A DNA stretch of 63,331 bases, filler included, from Trichomonas gallinae (GCA_008369845.1; 7 parts of 7 records of this genome joined end to end with filler, not necessarily neighbours in it), one strand, 5' to 3'. Counted from the first letter of the whole stretch, positions 30,503-41,628 are shown. A program made the numbers and translations. The notes: a model not told the origin generated them from the sequence alone.

Positions 30503-31963
30503 CTAAGAATTTGGTGGGGGAATATTTTCTTCGATATAATTTAATATTTGTTCGCCTATTTCTTGATTATCTAGATCATCCTCTGTAAGAATATCATCGA
30601 TAGAATCATATAATCCATTCTCACACAGTGATCTCATCATTAAATTGTGGATTGAACTCATTTTTGTTCTGTTTATCAATTCCCATATTGAAATAATGAG
30701 TCTATCGCGAACATATGTGTTTCCCCATTCTAATGCATTAACCAAAGACACTGCAAAGCCGTTTGACAAGAAATCATCAATTAAACCTTCTGAGAACTCA
30801 TTTCCAAACTGTGTTGATTGAATGACAACTGATAAAAAGAAATAGAGAATCAATGATTTGGTTGAAAATATTGTTTCTTGATATTGATCAAATAATATTG
30901 TGTAAAACTTACATATTTCTGATTTTGTAACACATTCTGGGTTGTATATGGTATTAAATTCTGCTAGCTTGAGAATCTCATCTCTAATATCAGGATTCAT
31001 TGTCTTTTTGTAGATATCTACTAAATTCTCAATCGAAAATAGCTTGACAATGACTGATCTGACCAATTCATCGCCTATTGCAACATCATTTGGAATAATT
31101 TCAATTGACATATTAACAAAACGAATAATTAAAAAAGATTGATCGGGCATAATTGAATTTAACAATATTTCAAGATTCTTATATATGCCAGCTTCGAAGT
31201 ATGACTTGACAATTCCCTTGTTTGTGTATAAAGTTGAAATTAAACAAATTAATAAGCAATCATAAAGATTTGGAGCAGCACCAATCTCAAAAATGCGATT
31301 AAATAATGCAACTAACACATCTTCTTGTGGTGCAACCTTGAAATATCTAATAAATTGCGCAAGAATTAATAGAACGACTTGAATGAAAGGAACACCATTT
31401 TCAAATGCATTCTGAATGAGTGTCTCAAAATTTATTGATTCTAAGACTTGATCTTTATAATCATATAATTGCTCAATTAAATTATTAAAGCAAGCGAATG
31501 CCTGGAATCTTAATTGCTTATCTTCTGCTTCAAACTGCTCAATAATCAATGGCATAAGGTCATTTATAAAAGAATAGGCATCAGTTGGAAAATTCATTGC
31601 AAGGACAGTTGCTAGGCAGCTATACACTGAATAAAACAGGTTTTCAATATGTTCCTTAGCTATATCAATAAGGAAATCAATAAGTTGCAAATCTAAAATT
31701 ATTTCAATAATTCCATCAACATTGCTAGGAAGCAAAAATCGGATACCAGATAATGCTGCATTGAACAATTCCTCGTTTCTGGCCTCAAATTGCGCCTTGG
31801 CATTGTTTATATGCTCAATTAATTCAATTCGAATCTGTGTATCTGTTTTATTCCTGTTTATATTGGTTACTACATTGTCAGTAGCAAAGTATATTGCAGC
31901 CTTAGTTGACATATCAAGAGAATCTTCATAGTTTATGAACTTATAAGAATCATACAAATCCAT
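30503..31963 (-). CDS. ARM/HEAT-repeat protein
   Basis: 486-aa helical ORF (ALSGIRFLL, QLRFQAFACFNNL). C-terminal ENGLYDSIDDIL is like the other two ARM genes. Confidence 0.6.
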   Translation of the reverse strand: MDLYDSYKFINYEDSLDMSTKAAIYFATDNVVTNINRNKTDTQIRIELIEHINNAKAQFEARNEELFNAALSGIRFLLPSNVDGIIEIILDLQLIDFLIDIAKEHIENLFYSVYSCLATVLAMNFPTDAYSFINDLMPLIIEQFEAEDKQLRFQAFACFNNLIEQLYDYKDQVLESINFETLIQNAFENGVPFIQVVLLILAQFIRYFKVAPQEDVLVALFNRIFEIGAAPNLYDCLLICLISTLYTNKGIVKSYFEAGIYKNLEILLNSIMPDQSFLIIRFVNMSIEIIPNDVAIGDELVRSVIVKLFSIENLVDIYKKTMNPDIRDEILKLAEFNTIYNPECVTKSEICKFYTILFDQYQETIFSTKSLILYFFLSVVIQSTQFGNEFSEGLIDDFLSNGFAVSLVNALEWGNTYVRDRLIISIWELINRTKMSSIHNLMMRSLCENGLYDSIDDILTEDDLDNQEIGEQILNYIEENIPPPNS

Positions 31964-32633
31964 TCAGTAAAAATGATTTTTAACTGTTAACAATCAAATA
32001 CTCAATTCAATATCAGACTAAAAAATCTCTTTAAACCACATTAAACATTACTTTTCAAACTAGTTGTCTGAATTTATTAGCAACAAGCCTGATTTGTACA
32101 GTGGCACCGTATCAATATGCTATGTGGAATCATCTATACATGCTGATTTAGACAAGCTATGATGATTCAAATGAAATCACAGTTGAATTTTGATGATCAT
32201 TAACTTATAACTTCTTTGAGAACAGTTAACAGCAAATGTTTGATATAAAGTCTTCATAAGATTAATCAATTTGTCTTCATATATCATTCATTTGCAGATT
32301 GCATAATCATTTAATATATTCATAAAGGATAGATTAATAAATAGACAAATTTTGATTCAAACAGCTTAATTCGAACAAATTCAAAGAATTCAAATATTTT
32401 ATCAAAATAGAGCTTATTCTTAATATGTCTATTGTCACATCAATACTTATGAATAGTCAATTGTGTAAAATTTTCAATTGATAAAACAAACTAAAAATAA
32501 TTATTACTATATAATAATATATTATAGCAAAATCTGAGTACAGGCAGCGCATAATCGTATCAAACATTAAAGCCATTTTTAAAAATGTCTTTAGAATTAA
32601 TTTTTCATAAAAAAAAAAAACTCTAGTATTATA

Positions 32634-32745
32634 GATTGTAGGAGCGATTTAACTACTCGCCATACGGCTTTGGTTAAAGTGCTCCGAGTGTCTCAGGATA
32701 AGAAGCCCAATATGTACCAGCATAATGGGGTAACATCCTGAATGT
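32634..32745 (-). ncRNA. Putative box H/ACA guide snoRNA (two hairpins, each followed by ACA)
   Basis: Minus strand: TCAGGAT-gttac-CCCATTATG-ctggta-CATATTGGG-cttctt-ATCCTGA-g-ACA-ctc-GGAGC..TTTAAC..GCC gtat GGC..GTTAAA..GCTCC-t-ACA-atc. It is a GC-rich island in an AT-rich intergenic region, with an Inr-like TCACA at the 5' end. Confidence 0.7.
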
Positions 32746-34487
32746 GAACCGACCACACTTTTCAATTTATTTTGCCAAATAAAATATTACATGGCAAAAT
32801 AATTTTTTTAATGTTCTCACCGAGAAATAACATACAAACAGTGAACATATCTTTGTATATGCATTGAAGCATTATTTTCATAGGTTCTTCATTAATATAT
32901 CTTTTGTTAATCACATTGATGCCAAATATTTGAATTGAATAAAAAATTCGCGAATTTTATGGCTCAACTACTGAGAGTAACAATGAACAATGCGTTAAAA
33001 AGCCTATTTTAATTCATTATTTTTAAATTTATATTTTGAAACACTTGTCCAGATCGTATTGAAAAGGAAATAAGTGCAAGAAAGTTGAAAATAATAGACT
33101 GGCTATTTAATGAAAAGAAATAAATGATTATTAGATAAACTTTGACGGAATAATTAATCTTTTTTTGTTAAAATTGATTTTATATGTGATTGATGATGAA
33201 GTGCTAGACATCACTAACACGCATAATAAACAATGTGTGTTTGATAGCTTTGTATGAGAATGAAGACAAAAATCGACAATTTTCAAAACAATTTTTTTTC
33301 CACGAGAAAATTATCAAATATATTAGATTACAAACCATAATACAATGTTTTCCACGACTAATTTTAAAGCAAAAATTATCCATGAACAACCTGCCGGTTT
33401 GAGTTTTGCCGTATTCCATGTATAATAGCAGCATAAATATCCAATATCATGAATATTTTGAACAGTTATTTTTTCTGAGATTGGACGGAAACTATTGAAT
33501 TTAAAACATTATCAATTTCGTTTGAATTTTGTTTTTGTTAAGCAAACCTAAACCTGAAATATGCGATGCAAAGATAATTGGAATGAATTGGTTAAACCAG
33601 TGGCATCATTTCCATTAATTTAATGATATTATTTTTCATTCATAGACAATTTTGGAATTCAACATCTCACCCAAACATCCGAATTGAGCATTGAAAGGGC
33701 CAAATTATATAATACTGCCAATGGAATATATAATAATGATGACAACAATTTGATATTGATGAATATTTTTATGGAAAAAAATTAAAATTCAGAAAATATT
33801 CATGCAAAGAATCCTTTGCAATCTTATGATATACTCCATAAAATCATATAATAGAGAATGCCAAATTGCTATTTCAACTTTTCAAAATTAATTTTCAAAT
33901 CATTTCAAATGCTCCTAGTTTAATATGACAATTAGCTGTATTTGATTGAATAATCATAAACATAGCAAATTTTTTTTATCTTTGAAGAAAAATATAATTT
34001 TTCAAATGTGCAGAACTCCGCAAAATTGACGAAAAATGTCTCTTTAAAAACTGTAATTGCTGATCACATCAATCAATGACAATTGAAATGTTCCTTACTC
34101 AATTTGTTTTATATAATTGTTTTATCATAGTAAACAGCAGTATTTAAAAGGATTTATATTCGCTGAACGTTAAAAATACACAAAAATTCAAATGGAAAAA
34201 AATGAATGACAAATATATATAATGTATTGTAACAAAAAAAAAAAAAAAAAAAATCATGAAAACTGAAATGTATTCTTTTGTAATCAATACTATTTTTTTC
34301 CACAACGTGCTCTTAAAAGTTTCTTTTCTGTCTTTTTTGATATTTGCAATTTCAAGAATAGATAAATCTATGTTTATTTTAATCAGAAAATAATTCAATT
34401 CAAAATATCTACACCTACTCAATATTCCATTTTCTGACGTCCATGTAAACTTTATGAAAACCGGCTTTGCATTACAAATTTCGCAAC

Positions 34488-34557
34488 ATGTATAAGAAGC
34501 GTGTTATTCATAGATTCACGAAAGACGAGGATGAGATGATCATGCAGGAGGTCAAGC
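34488..34557 (+). CDS. 5' end of a Myb-like DNA-binding protein, cut by the contig end (not in the ORF track)
   Basis: MYKKRVIHRFTKDEDEMIMQEVK fits the (F/W)TxEEDxxLxxxV start of a Myb repeat. Confidence 0.7.
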
Positions 34558-34657
34558 NNNNNNNNNNNNNNNNNNNNNNNNNNNNNNNNNNNNNNNNNNN
34601 NTTAATTAATTAANNNNNNNNNNNNNNNNNNNNNNNNNNNNNNNNNNNNNNNNNNNN
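34558..34657. other. Artificial contig linker
   Basis: N44-TTAATTAATTAA-N44. Confidence 0.99.
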
Positions 34658-35467
34658 CCACGTGGTAATGGTACATTTGATGCTGATGGACGCATCCAGC
34701 CATTGAACTGCAAGAAGGGCGAAGTTGCTAACCACATCATTTCCGTTGGAGATCCAAATCGTGCTAAATTAATGGCCGAGTCTCTCGATAAGGACACACC
34801 AGTCATCGTCCGCCAATCCAACATGATATTCTGCACATACACAGGCAAGTACAAAGGTACACCAGTCTCAATCATCGCTACAGGCATGGGCTTCGCTATG
34901 GCTGAGCTTATGGTTGTCCAGGCACGCGCCGTTGTCGAAGGACCACTCACAATCGTCAGATTTGGCACATGCGGATCATTACACGCTGATGTCCCAATCG
35001 GATGCTTCGCAGTTGCTGATCGCGCTTACTTCGTCCGCCAAGATTTCGAGCGTGAAGGCTTCCCATTCGAGTTTGCCAAGGAAGCTATTCCATTCGATCA
35101 CGAACTTCATGTAAAAGTTTTCGATGAGTTCAAGAAGTTGACAGAATACCGCACAGTTGTCGGCCCAGACACATCAGCTGATACATTCTACCCATCACAA
35201 GGCCGCCTTGACGACAATTTCGTAATGGAGAACCAAAAGGTTATTCCAACACTCCTTGAACAGGACAAGGACGCTCTTTCCTTCGAAATGGAGTCCTACT
35301 TACTTGCTTTCCTCGCTTACAAGTTCCCAGAGGCTAATATGAAGACAGCTGCTGTCTGCTTAACACTTGCCCAGAGAACTTCAGGCGATTTCCTCGATAA
35401 TGAACGCAAGACAGCCATGGAAAGAGCAGCTTGCAAGGCTCTTCTTGAGATCCTTGCAAAATGCTAA
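34658..35467 (+). CDS. Uridine/purine nucleoside phosphorylase (PNP_UDP_1 family), 5'-truncated
   Basis: The frame is open from the contig start (PRGNGTFDADGRIQPLNCKKGE). Motifs VGDPNRA, TGMG, VRFGTCGSL, ADTFYPSQGR and FEMES. Strong codon bias. Confidence 0.92.
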   Translation, partial: PRGNGTFDADGRIQPLNCKKGEVANHIISVGDPNRAKLMAESLDKDTPVIVRQSNMIFCTYTGKYKGTPVSIIATGMGFAMAELMVVQARAVVEGPLTIVRFGTCGSLHADVPIGCFAVADRAYFVRQDFEREGFPFEFAKEAIPFDHELHVKVFDEFKKLTEYRTVVGPDTSADTFYPSQGRLDDNFVMENQKVIPTLLEQDKDALSFEMESYLLAFLAYKFPEANMKTAAVCLTLAQRTSGDFLDNERKTAMERAACKALLEILAKC

Positions 35468-35962
35468 ATTTGTAATAAAATTACCGAATATACAACCCAA
35501 AATTCATCCATCTTGATCTCAATCATTGCAATACATACGACGAAATGATTAAGTTTATATTGAAAAACATATCTTTTCCTAAATACAAACGACTTTTATA
35601 TCATATATTCATCATATGGCATTCCTCTAGAAGTATTATTTCTTTTGTTTCTTTAATGCGCTTGTATTCCATAATTTTTGATTTATGCTTAGATAATTTC
35701 TCTAAGGACTGATACCATATTCAAAGGATGCACTTCATGTACATGTTGAGTATTCCTATAAATCTAATCAGTCTGCAGAAGTTTAATTGCCTGTAATACT
35801 CGAAAAAGAATATCCGACATTATGGCAGATTTGATACTTTATATGTCAGATATTAAAATAAAAATGACATTACCTAAGATTTGAATGACGAAAATTTTTC
35901 AACCTAAAATTTAAGTTTGTGATTAACAGATACCATTCAAACTGATGATACACATTATTTGT

Positions 35963-36961
35963 ATGTCAGGCTTCAATCCTGTACCACTCAGCACTTACAA
36001 CAAGCAGCACCATGTGAAAGGAGGGTTTGTTAATAACGAAGGAAACCCAAGCATACCTCCACAAACAATGAACATGGCTAAAATCTTTTTCAAGTTTATT
36101 TTATCAAAATCTGATGTTACTGGGTCAATGCCTACAAGAAATCCAACAGATGACTTCATCCTCGGTCCAGGAATTCGTGACTGGTGGATTGGACATGCAA
36201 CAAATCTCATTCAAGTTGGTGACAAATTTATTCTCACTGATCCACATTTTGGAAATGCGATATCTCCTGTTTCATTTCCAACTAATAGATTCACACCACC
36301 GGCATGCCAAATAGAAGATTTACCCGAAATTTCATTTGTATTAATATCACACAATCATTATGATCATTTAGATAAGAATTCAATCAAAAGGCTGCAGAAA
36401 AGATTCCCTAATTGCCAATTCTTTGTTCCACTCAACAATGCTAAATTATTGAAAGATTGGGATATTAAACATGTTGTTGAATTTGATTGGAGGACACATG
36501 TCACAGTAGGTGATCTTGATATTTATTGTTTTCCTGCTTCTCATGAAAGTCAAAGAGGAGCATTAGATCACAATTCATGTCTTTGGTGCAGCTGGCTAAT
36601 TTCATACAAAGGTGTGCTCATGTATTATACAGGTGATACAACGATTGGACCACATTTCAGAGAAATTAAAAATACAATGAACAAAGGTGTCGATCTTTTT
36701 ATAACAGGAATTGGACCATCTTATCCACCAAATGTTGGAAGACATTATCATATGGATCCACAAGATGCCTGGGATATGTCTAAAGAAATTGGGGCAGTAA
36801 AAGTTACACCAATCCATTATGGAACATTTCCTTTGGGAATAGCTCCGGAAATATCCGATATTGATGACTTTATTGCTCGTGCTGATAATTCAAAATTAAT
36901 ATTAATTCAAACAGGGGGAAGGATAGATTGGAATGGTACAGAATTCATCAAAGGTGCATAA
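35963..36961 (+). CDS. Metallo-beta-lactamase-fold hydrolase, NAPE-PLD/RomA-like
   Basis: WIGHAT, LTDPHF, ISHNHYDHLD, PASHESQRG, LWCSW, YTGDT, HMDP, PIHYGTF. Alternative ATG at 35945. Confidence 0.9.
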   Translation: MSGFNPVPLSTYNKQHHVKGGFVNNEGNPSIPPQTMNMAKIFFKFILSKSDVTGSMPTRNPTDDFILGPGIRDWWIGHATNLIQVGDKFILTDPHFGNAISPVSFPTNRFTPPACQIEDLPEISFVLISHNHYDHLDKNSIKRLQKRFPNCQFFVPLNNAKLLKDWDIKHVVEFDWRTHVTVGDLDIYCFPASHESQRGALDHNSCLWCSWLISYKGVLMYYTGDTTIGPHFREIKNTMNKGVDLFITGIGPSYPPNVGRHYHMDPQDAWDMSKEIGAVKVTPIHYGTFPLGIAPEISDIDDFIARADNSKLILIQTGGRIDWNGTEFIKGA

Positions 36962-37158
36962 AAATCTATATTTACAGTGCTCAAAGATTTTTTTTCGTAA
37001 TATTTTGTATTATAAAAAATTTTATAAAATTATATTATCTTTTGAAATCAATTCTCGGCTTATTTAATCAATATATAAATCTTACTAGAGAAAAGATATG
37101 TTATAGTTAATTTTTCTAAATTATTTCAAAAATGTCAAAAAGATATTATAATAACCTA

Positions 37159-37812
37159 TTATATTTCAGACAAGACAACAAAAACTTCAATACACATCAT
37201 AAATTTCAAAAAAAAATATGATATTGGAATTGTTGTTGGGAGATATTGAGATACTTTTACCCAAAGTCGAATATAATCATATTCATAAACTCCACCAAGT
37301 GGTATTCCTGGTTCCCTACCAGAAGAAAATTGTCCGATCGGAAAGTGCCAATTTTCGTTTTGTGGGGATCCATCTATATAAGCATACCATTGGTGAGAAT
37401 CATATTCTTCAGGTAAAAGGTTTGCTCTTTTGCAGAGCCCTTTGAAAGGGATTAACGATGTTTGAAATTGTGATATTGGTTTAATTTCATTGTATCCTGG
37501 TGCTTCTTGTCCATATATTTCAGTGCATTCATGTGGAAAATAAGTTTGTTGAAAATAATGCAATCCCAAAGATTTTGCTTCGTAAATGAATCCATAAGGA
37601 CCTTTATTTTTCATAAGATTATCACGAGCAAGTTTAATAATTGAGTATTTAGTTGGATGATTCTGACAATCCAAAACTTCTTTAAAATTCTTAAAATAAA
37701 CGATGTTTTTAAGTTGATGTTCGAAGATTTTAAGAAACCTTGCAGTGTATATGGTCCTATATTCATAAGTTTTACTTGTTACTAGGCTGCTTCATCTAAG
37801 TTTTTGTTTCAT
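37159..37812 (-). pseudogene. Member of a parabasalid surface/secreted family with an in-frame TGA at codon 7
   Basis: The ATG at 37812 (TTCAAAATG, with GTCACTTTT upstream) is in frame with the ORF-track ORF: MKQKLR*SSLVTSK..FLKIFEH..KYSII..YIDGS..WHFPIG..GIP..IRLWVKV plus a hydrophobic tail. Confidence 0.65.
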
Positions 37813-38406
37813 TTTGAAAAATAAAAAGTGACAATTTTACAATTTTTAGCTTTTTTGATTTTTGATTAAATTTTTAATTCTATATGGTTCAACAAAATCA
37901 ACTATTTAATTATTTTAATAAAAATGATAATATTTTGAGGAATCTCAGCCCAAGTACGTTTCACAGTATGATATAATAAATTTAAAGCTTACGTTTGATC
38001 AATTCATAAAGATGAAAAGATGATAATCCCGAAATTTGAAATATTTTAGATAAAATCAAGAAAACCATCGACGAACAGAAGGATAAAACCACTAATACAT
38101 ATGCATTCATCCAAGTAAATCAAATCCTTCTTCCATGAAAAACCCCTTGAGACAACTTTCGATCACAAGATATCGGGCCAATTGTCTTATTTTATTGATC
38201 CACGCATTGACCATAAGCCATATATTTAACAGATACATTACGACCAAATTACTCTCAAAATTCTCAATATAAATTTTAACCTCTTTTGACCGGATAAAAA
38301 CAGTACTCTAAAGATTGGTTATTATTATAGACAAATTTAAGTTGATTTGGTTGATGGTTTTGTAAACATTAGAAAATATTTGTAAATATAAGAAATCATT
38401 CAAAAG

Positions 38407-38655
38407 TTTTACGGGCGTGAAGGGTTATAAAATATGTTGTAAATTTATTATTATATAATATTTTATAATTTTAAAATTCTGATATGTTCAATTTTGAGGT
38501 TAAAATAATCGTAGTTTCTTAATTTAAATTTTGAATATTTCGTACGTTTTACGGGCGCGAAAACACCCAGGAAATGTGCGAAATATTCAAATATACTGCT
38601 TGTGATTATTTTCACTTTAGATTGTTTTGAAATTTGAATTGAAAATAATCGTATG
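38407..38655 (+). repeat. Two-unit TTTTACGGGCG...AATAATCGTA element, copy 1
   Basis: Shares TTTTACGGG(C/T)G twice and AAATTTGAATTGA(A/T)AATAATCGTATG with 47838-48006. Confidence 0.7.
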
Positions 38656-38680
38656 CAATCAATTTTTCAATTTTTATATA

Positions 38681-39679
38681 ATGGGATTGGACTATGGAAA
38701 AGTTATCTCTGTTGGTATGTCACTGCTTACGGAAATGATTTTAGGCTTCGTGTTCGTCAAGGCTAAGCTAATAGACGGGAAGAAAATACCGATTCTCAAC
38801 AAGTTTTGTTATCAAGCGATGTTTTTCCCGTTAGTTTTTCGTTTTCTTGCGAACAAGACTCTTGCTGAGTTAGATTTCCAGCCATTCATTGTTGTTGCAG
38901 TGGCTTCTCTTTGTACGCAAGTACTTTTGACTTTAATTTTTTTAGTTCCATTGAAAAATAGAGCGGAATCATATATTTCTACATTTTGGCCAGCATTGTT
39001 CGTTAATTATGTCATTGTTGGCATACCAATTTACAATTCTATTTGGGATCCAGCCAATGTTATTATTGTCTCCATGGTAACGTTGAGTAATGATATTGTA
39101 ACTACGCCTATTTACTTAATAGAGTCAGGAATATATAATTTATTCAGAAGAAACCAAGAACACGAAGAAAAAGGTGAAGAAAAAGAAAAATTTTCTTTCA
39201 TGATATTTTTAAAGATTCTAAAAGGTTTAGCAACATCTCCAATCATTCTTGGCGATCTTTGTGGTTTCATAGTTGCGGTTATAGGCAAAGGAGTGCCGAC
39301 TTATATACAGAAAGTAATTGATATTGTTGCTGATGGTGTCCTTGGCATTGCATTATTTTGCGTGGGCGGTTTTCTTGCCAGCCACTCAATCATTGCTTGC
39401 GAGTGGTGGGAATTCATTTACTGCCTTGTTGTCAAGTTCATCGTGTTCCCAATAATCGTTGGCCTGATCTCATGGGCGTTCAAACTCGATAATACTCTGG
39501 CAAGATGTTGCACAGTTCTCTCGACACTTCCAACTGCTTCGTCTTGTTACATGATGGCTCAGGGCAATGGATTTGGTTCAGGCATCGCGTCAACAATGAT
39601 ATTCTGGACTATGGCGTTGTTTATTCCTGTCGTTTTAGTCTGGTTTGCCGTATTGGATGCTTTGAAGATTTGGATGTAA
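38681..39679 (+). CDS. Auxin efflux carrier (AEC/PIN-like) family transporter
   Basis: About 10 TM helices in two halves. FVNYVIVGIPIY, GIALFCVGGFL, VKFIVFP, LPTASSCYMMA. First ATG at 38681. Confidence 0.88.
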   Translation: MGLDYGKVISVGMSLLTEMILGFVFVKAKLIDGKKIPILNKFCYQAMFFPLVFRFLANKTLAELDFQPFIVVAVASLCTQVLLTLIFLVPLKNRAESYISTFWPALFVNYVIVGIPIYNSIWDPANVIIVSMVTLSNDIVTTPIYLIESGIYNLFRRNQEHEEKGEEKEKFSFMIFLKILKGLATSPIILGDLCGFIVAVIGKGVPTYIQKVIDIVADGVLGIALFCVGGFLASHSIIACEWWEFIYCLVVKFIVFPIIVGLISWAFKLDNTLARCCTVLSTLPTASSCYMMAQGNGFGSGIASTMIFWTMALFIPVVLVWFAVLDALKIWM

Positions 39680-40228
39680 TTTGTTACTCATTTTTATTGT
39701 GAGTATAAAACTATAATTGTAGTGGAATATTTGCGTGTGAAACCCAAATATCCTGATTCCAATCATAATCGATTTGGAATACATACATATGAATCTTTTT
39801 CAGAATGAATTTAATTTTTTTTTAATGATTCCATCAATGAACCTTTGTAAATCGGATTAAAATAGACTATACATAAATTATATTCATATTTCAAGTTACA
39901 AATATGTTTAAACATTAAAATATTTGAAAAAAGAATAAATTTGTATGTTTTGGTTTCATATTAATGTCAATAGATATATATTGATCTATTATATATGAAG
40001 GTAAACAAATAAATCTTCAAATAAATGAAATTTTGAATTTGAAGATTCAATCATCTCAAAAATGAGTGATAGAAAGGAAATGTTGCATAAATATTGTAGT
40101 ATTTACGACGAAATAATATATTTTTGGAATATTTCTATGATATCATGACTTATCTGAAATAATATTTTATTTATTAACTTTGTTTAGGCTCATGTATTAG
40201 AATACTTCTTTATAATCATATAATTTAC

Positions 40229-40864
40229 TTAAATCAAATTAGCTGGCAACGCTTCGCTCTTGTTATACTCAGATTCTGGAGGTTGGCATGCCAAAATTGA
40301 TGTTATAGCCATGATTAAGGCGAAAAATGCTCCAGCAATCTCGAAGACGCCAAATGCGATAAATTGGATGTTGTAATATACAACAAAACCATTTTGGCAT
40401 TCAACATTTGTGTTTGTGCATCTGTGTGTATCATTTCCATAAACACCTTCATATCCACAGCAGTCAAATACATTTTCATAGTTTTCAACATCCTTTTTGG
40501 CTTGAGCATCACCTTTAGCAGCCTTTTCCCAGAGACTCTTTCCATGCAGGAATGGTTTCTGCCATCCTAAGCACATGGCGATGAAAACGATGAGTAATCC
40601 TAATGTAACGAAAGAAATCGTTGGCAATAAGAAACGGTACCACTGGTATTTTCTCAAAAAGACCAAGAATCCAAGGACAGATGTAACAACACAGAAAATA
40701 GCAATAATGAAAAGGAAACTTAAGAACTTACTTGAGTTGAAAAATAATTTGTCTTTGAGCATCGAATGGCTGAATGCAACTAATGGGACGATAACTGTTG
40801 TAAGCGAAACGAGTAGGAACAATATTGATGTTGCAACGATGCAGCAGTTACTGCAGCAATTCAT
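40229..40864 (-). CDS. Tetraspanin
   Basis: Four TM helices. The large loop has FDCCGY plus two further Cys. Confidence 0.88.
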   Translation of the reverse strand: MNCCSNCCIVATSILFLLVSLTTVIVPLVAFSHSMLKDKLFFNSSKFLSFLFIIAIFCVVTSVLGFLVFLRKYQWYRFLLPTISFVTLGLLIVFIAMCLGWQKPFLHGKSLWEKAAKGDAQAKKDVENYENVFDCCGYEGVYGNDTHRCTNTNVECQNGFVVYYNIQFIAFGVFEIAGAFFALIMAITSILACQPPESEYNKSEALPANLI

Positions 40865-41628
40865 ATTATATGAAATGTGAGCTGATGACAGATCAAAAAC
40901 CGTTCATTTCTGATCAAATGATTCAAATATTGTTAACATTCACAAACATTTCTTTGCAGTGATCCAAATTTTTTGAATAGTCTTCGCATAACCAACAACT
41001 GTGTTTTAGTCCAATCAAATAAAAATCTTTATATGAAATTAATATCGTCAAATTTGGTAATTTTAATGTATTTCATTCATCGATGATATAAAGATAATAA
41101 TCATCAGCAAATTCTTTTATTTAGTTGAAGTAAAAAATATTAAGAGAGGGACGCCGATAACAACGAGGCATTTCGGATCTTTATTCATCATCATCTTGAA
41201 ACAAGATTTACATCAAAACTTATTGTCAGTTTGATCAATTTGACAAAAAGTCTGACAGCAGTTGTAATATTATCATTTTCCCATCGATTTAGAGTTGTCA
41301 CGACATAACATCTCCTATATATTAAACATGCATGATAAAAGCCAAATTACTAGCAAAAAATTATGATAAAATAACTCAAAGGCTAACTTTCTCACGCATA
41401 AATCGATTTCTCATTTTGTTGGCTTAAAATCTATTTGGTCATTTTGTTTTAATAAAATTACTCACAGTTTAAGTTTCTCAATAAAATTTTTCATTCTCAT
41501 TTTATTGATGTAATATCTATTGAAATATATGTAATTTATGGCTTAAATTGTTGCTGCTGATGATCTAAAATGAAAAATTGAATAATTATGATAAAAATTT
41601 TAAAACAAATTTATTATAAATATATTAA

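Noticed and set aside
32641..32678. Plus-strand resemblance to SSU rRNA (GGAGCGATTT..TGGTTAA), 5S rRNA or U2 snRNA
   Set aside because: The matches are short and interrupted, and the diagnostic motifs are missing (U2 GTAGTA, 5S internal boxes). The H/ACA model explains the region better.
40012..40048. 11-bp inverted repeat AATCTTCAAAT/ATTTGAAGATT
   Set aside because: AT-rich and plausible by chance at this base composition.
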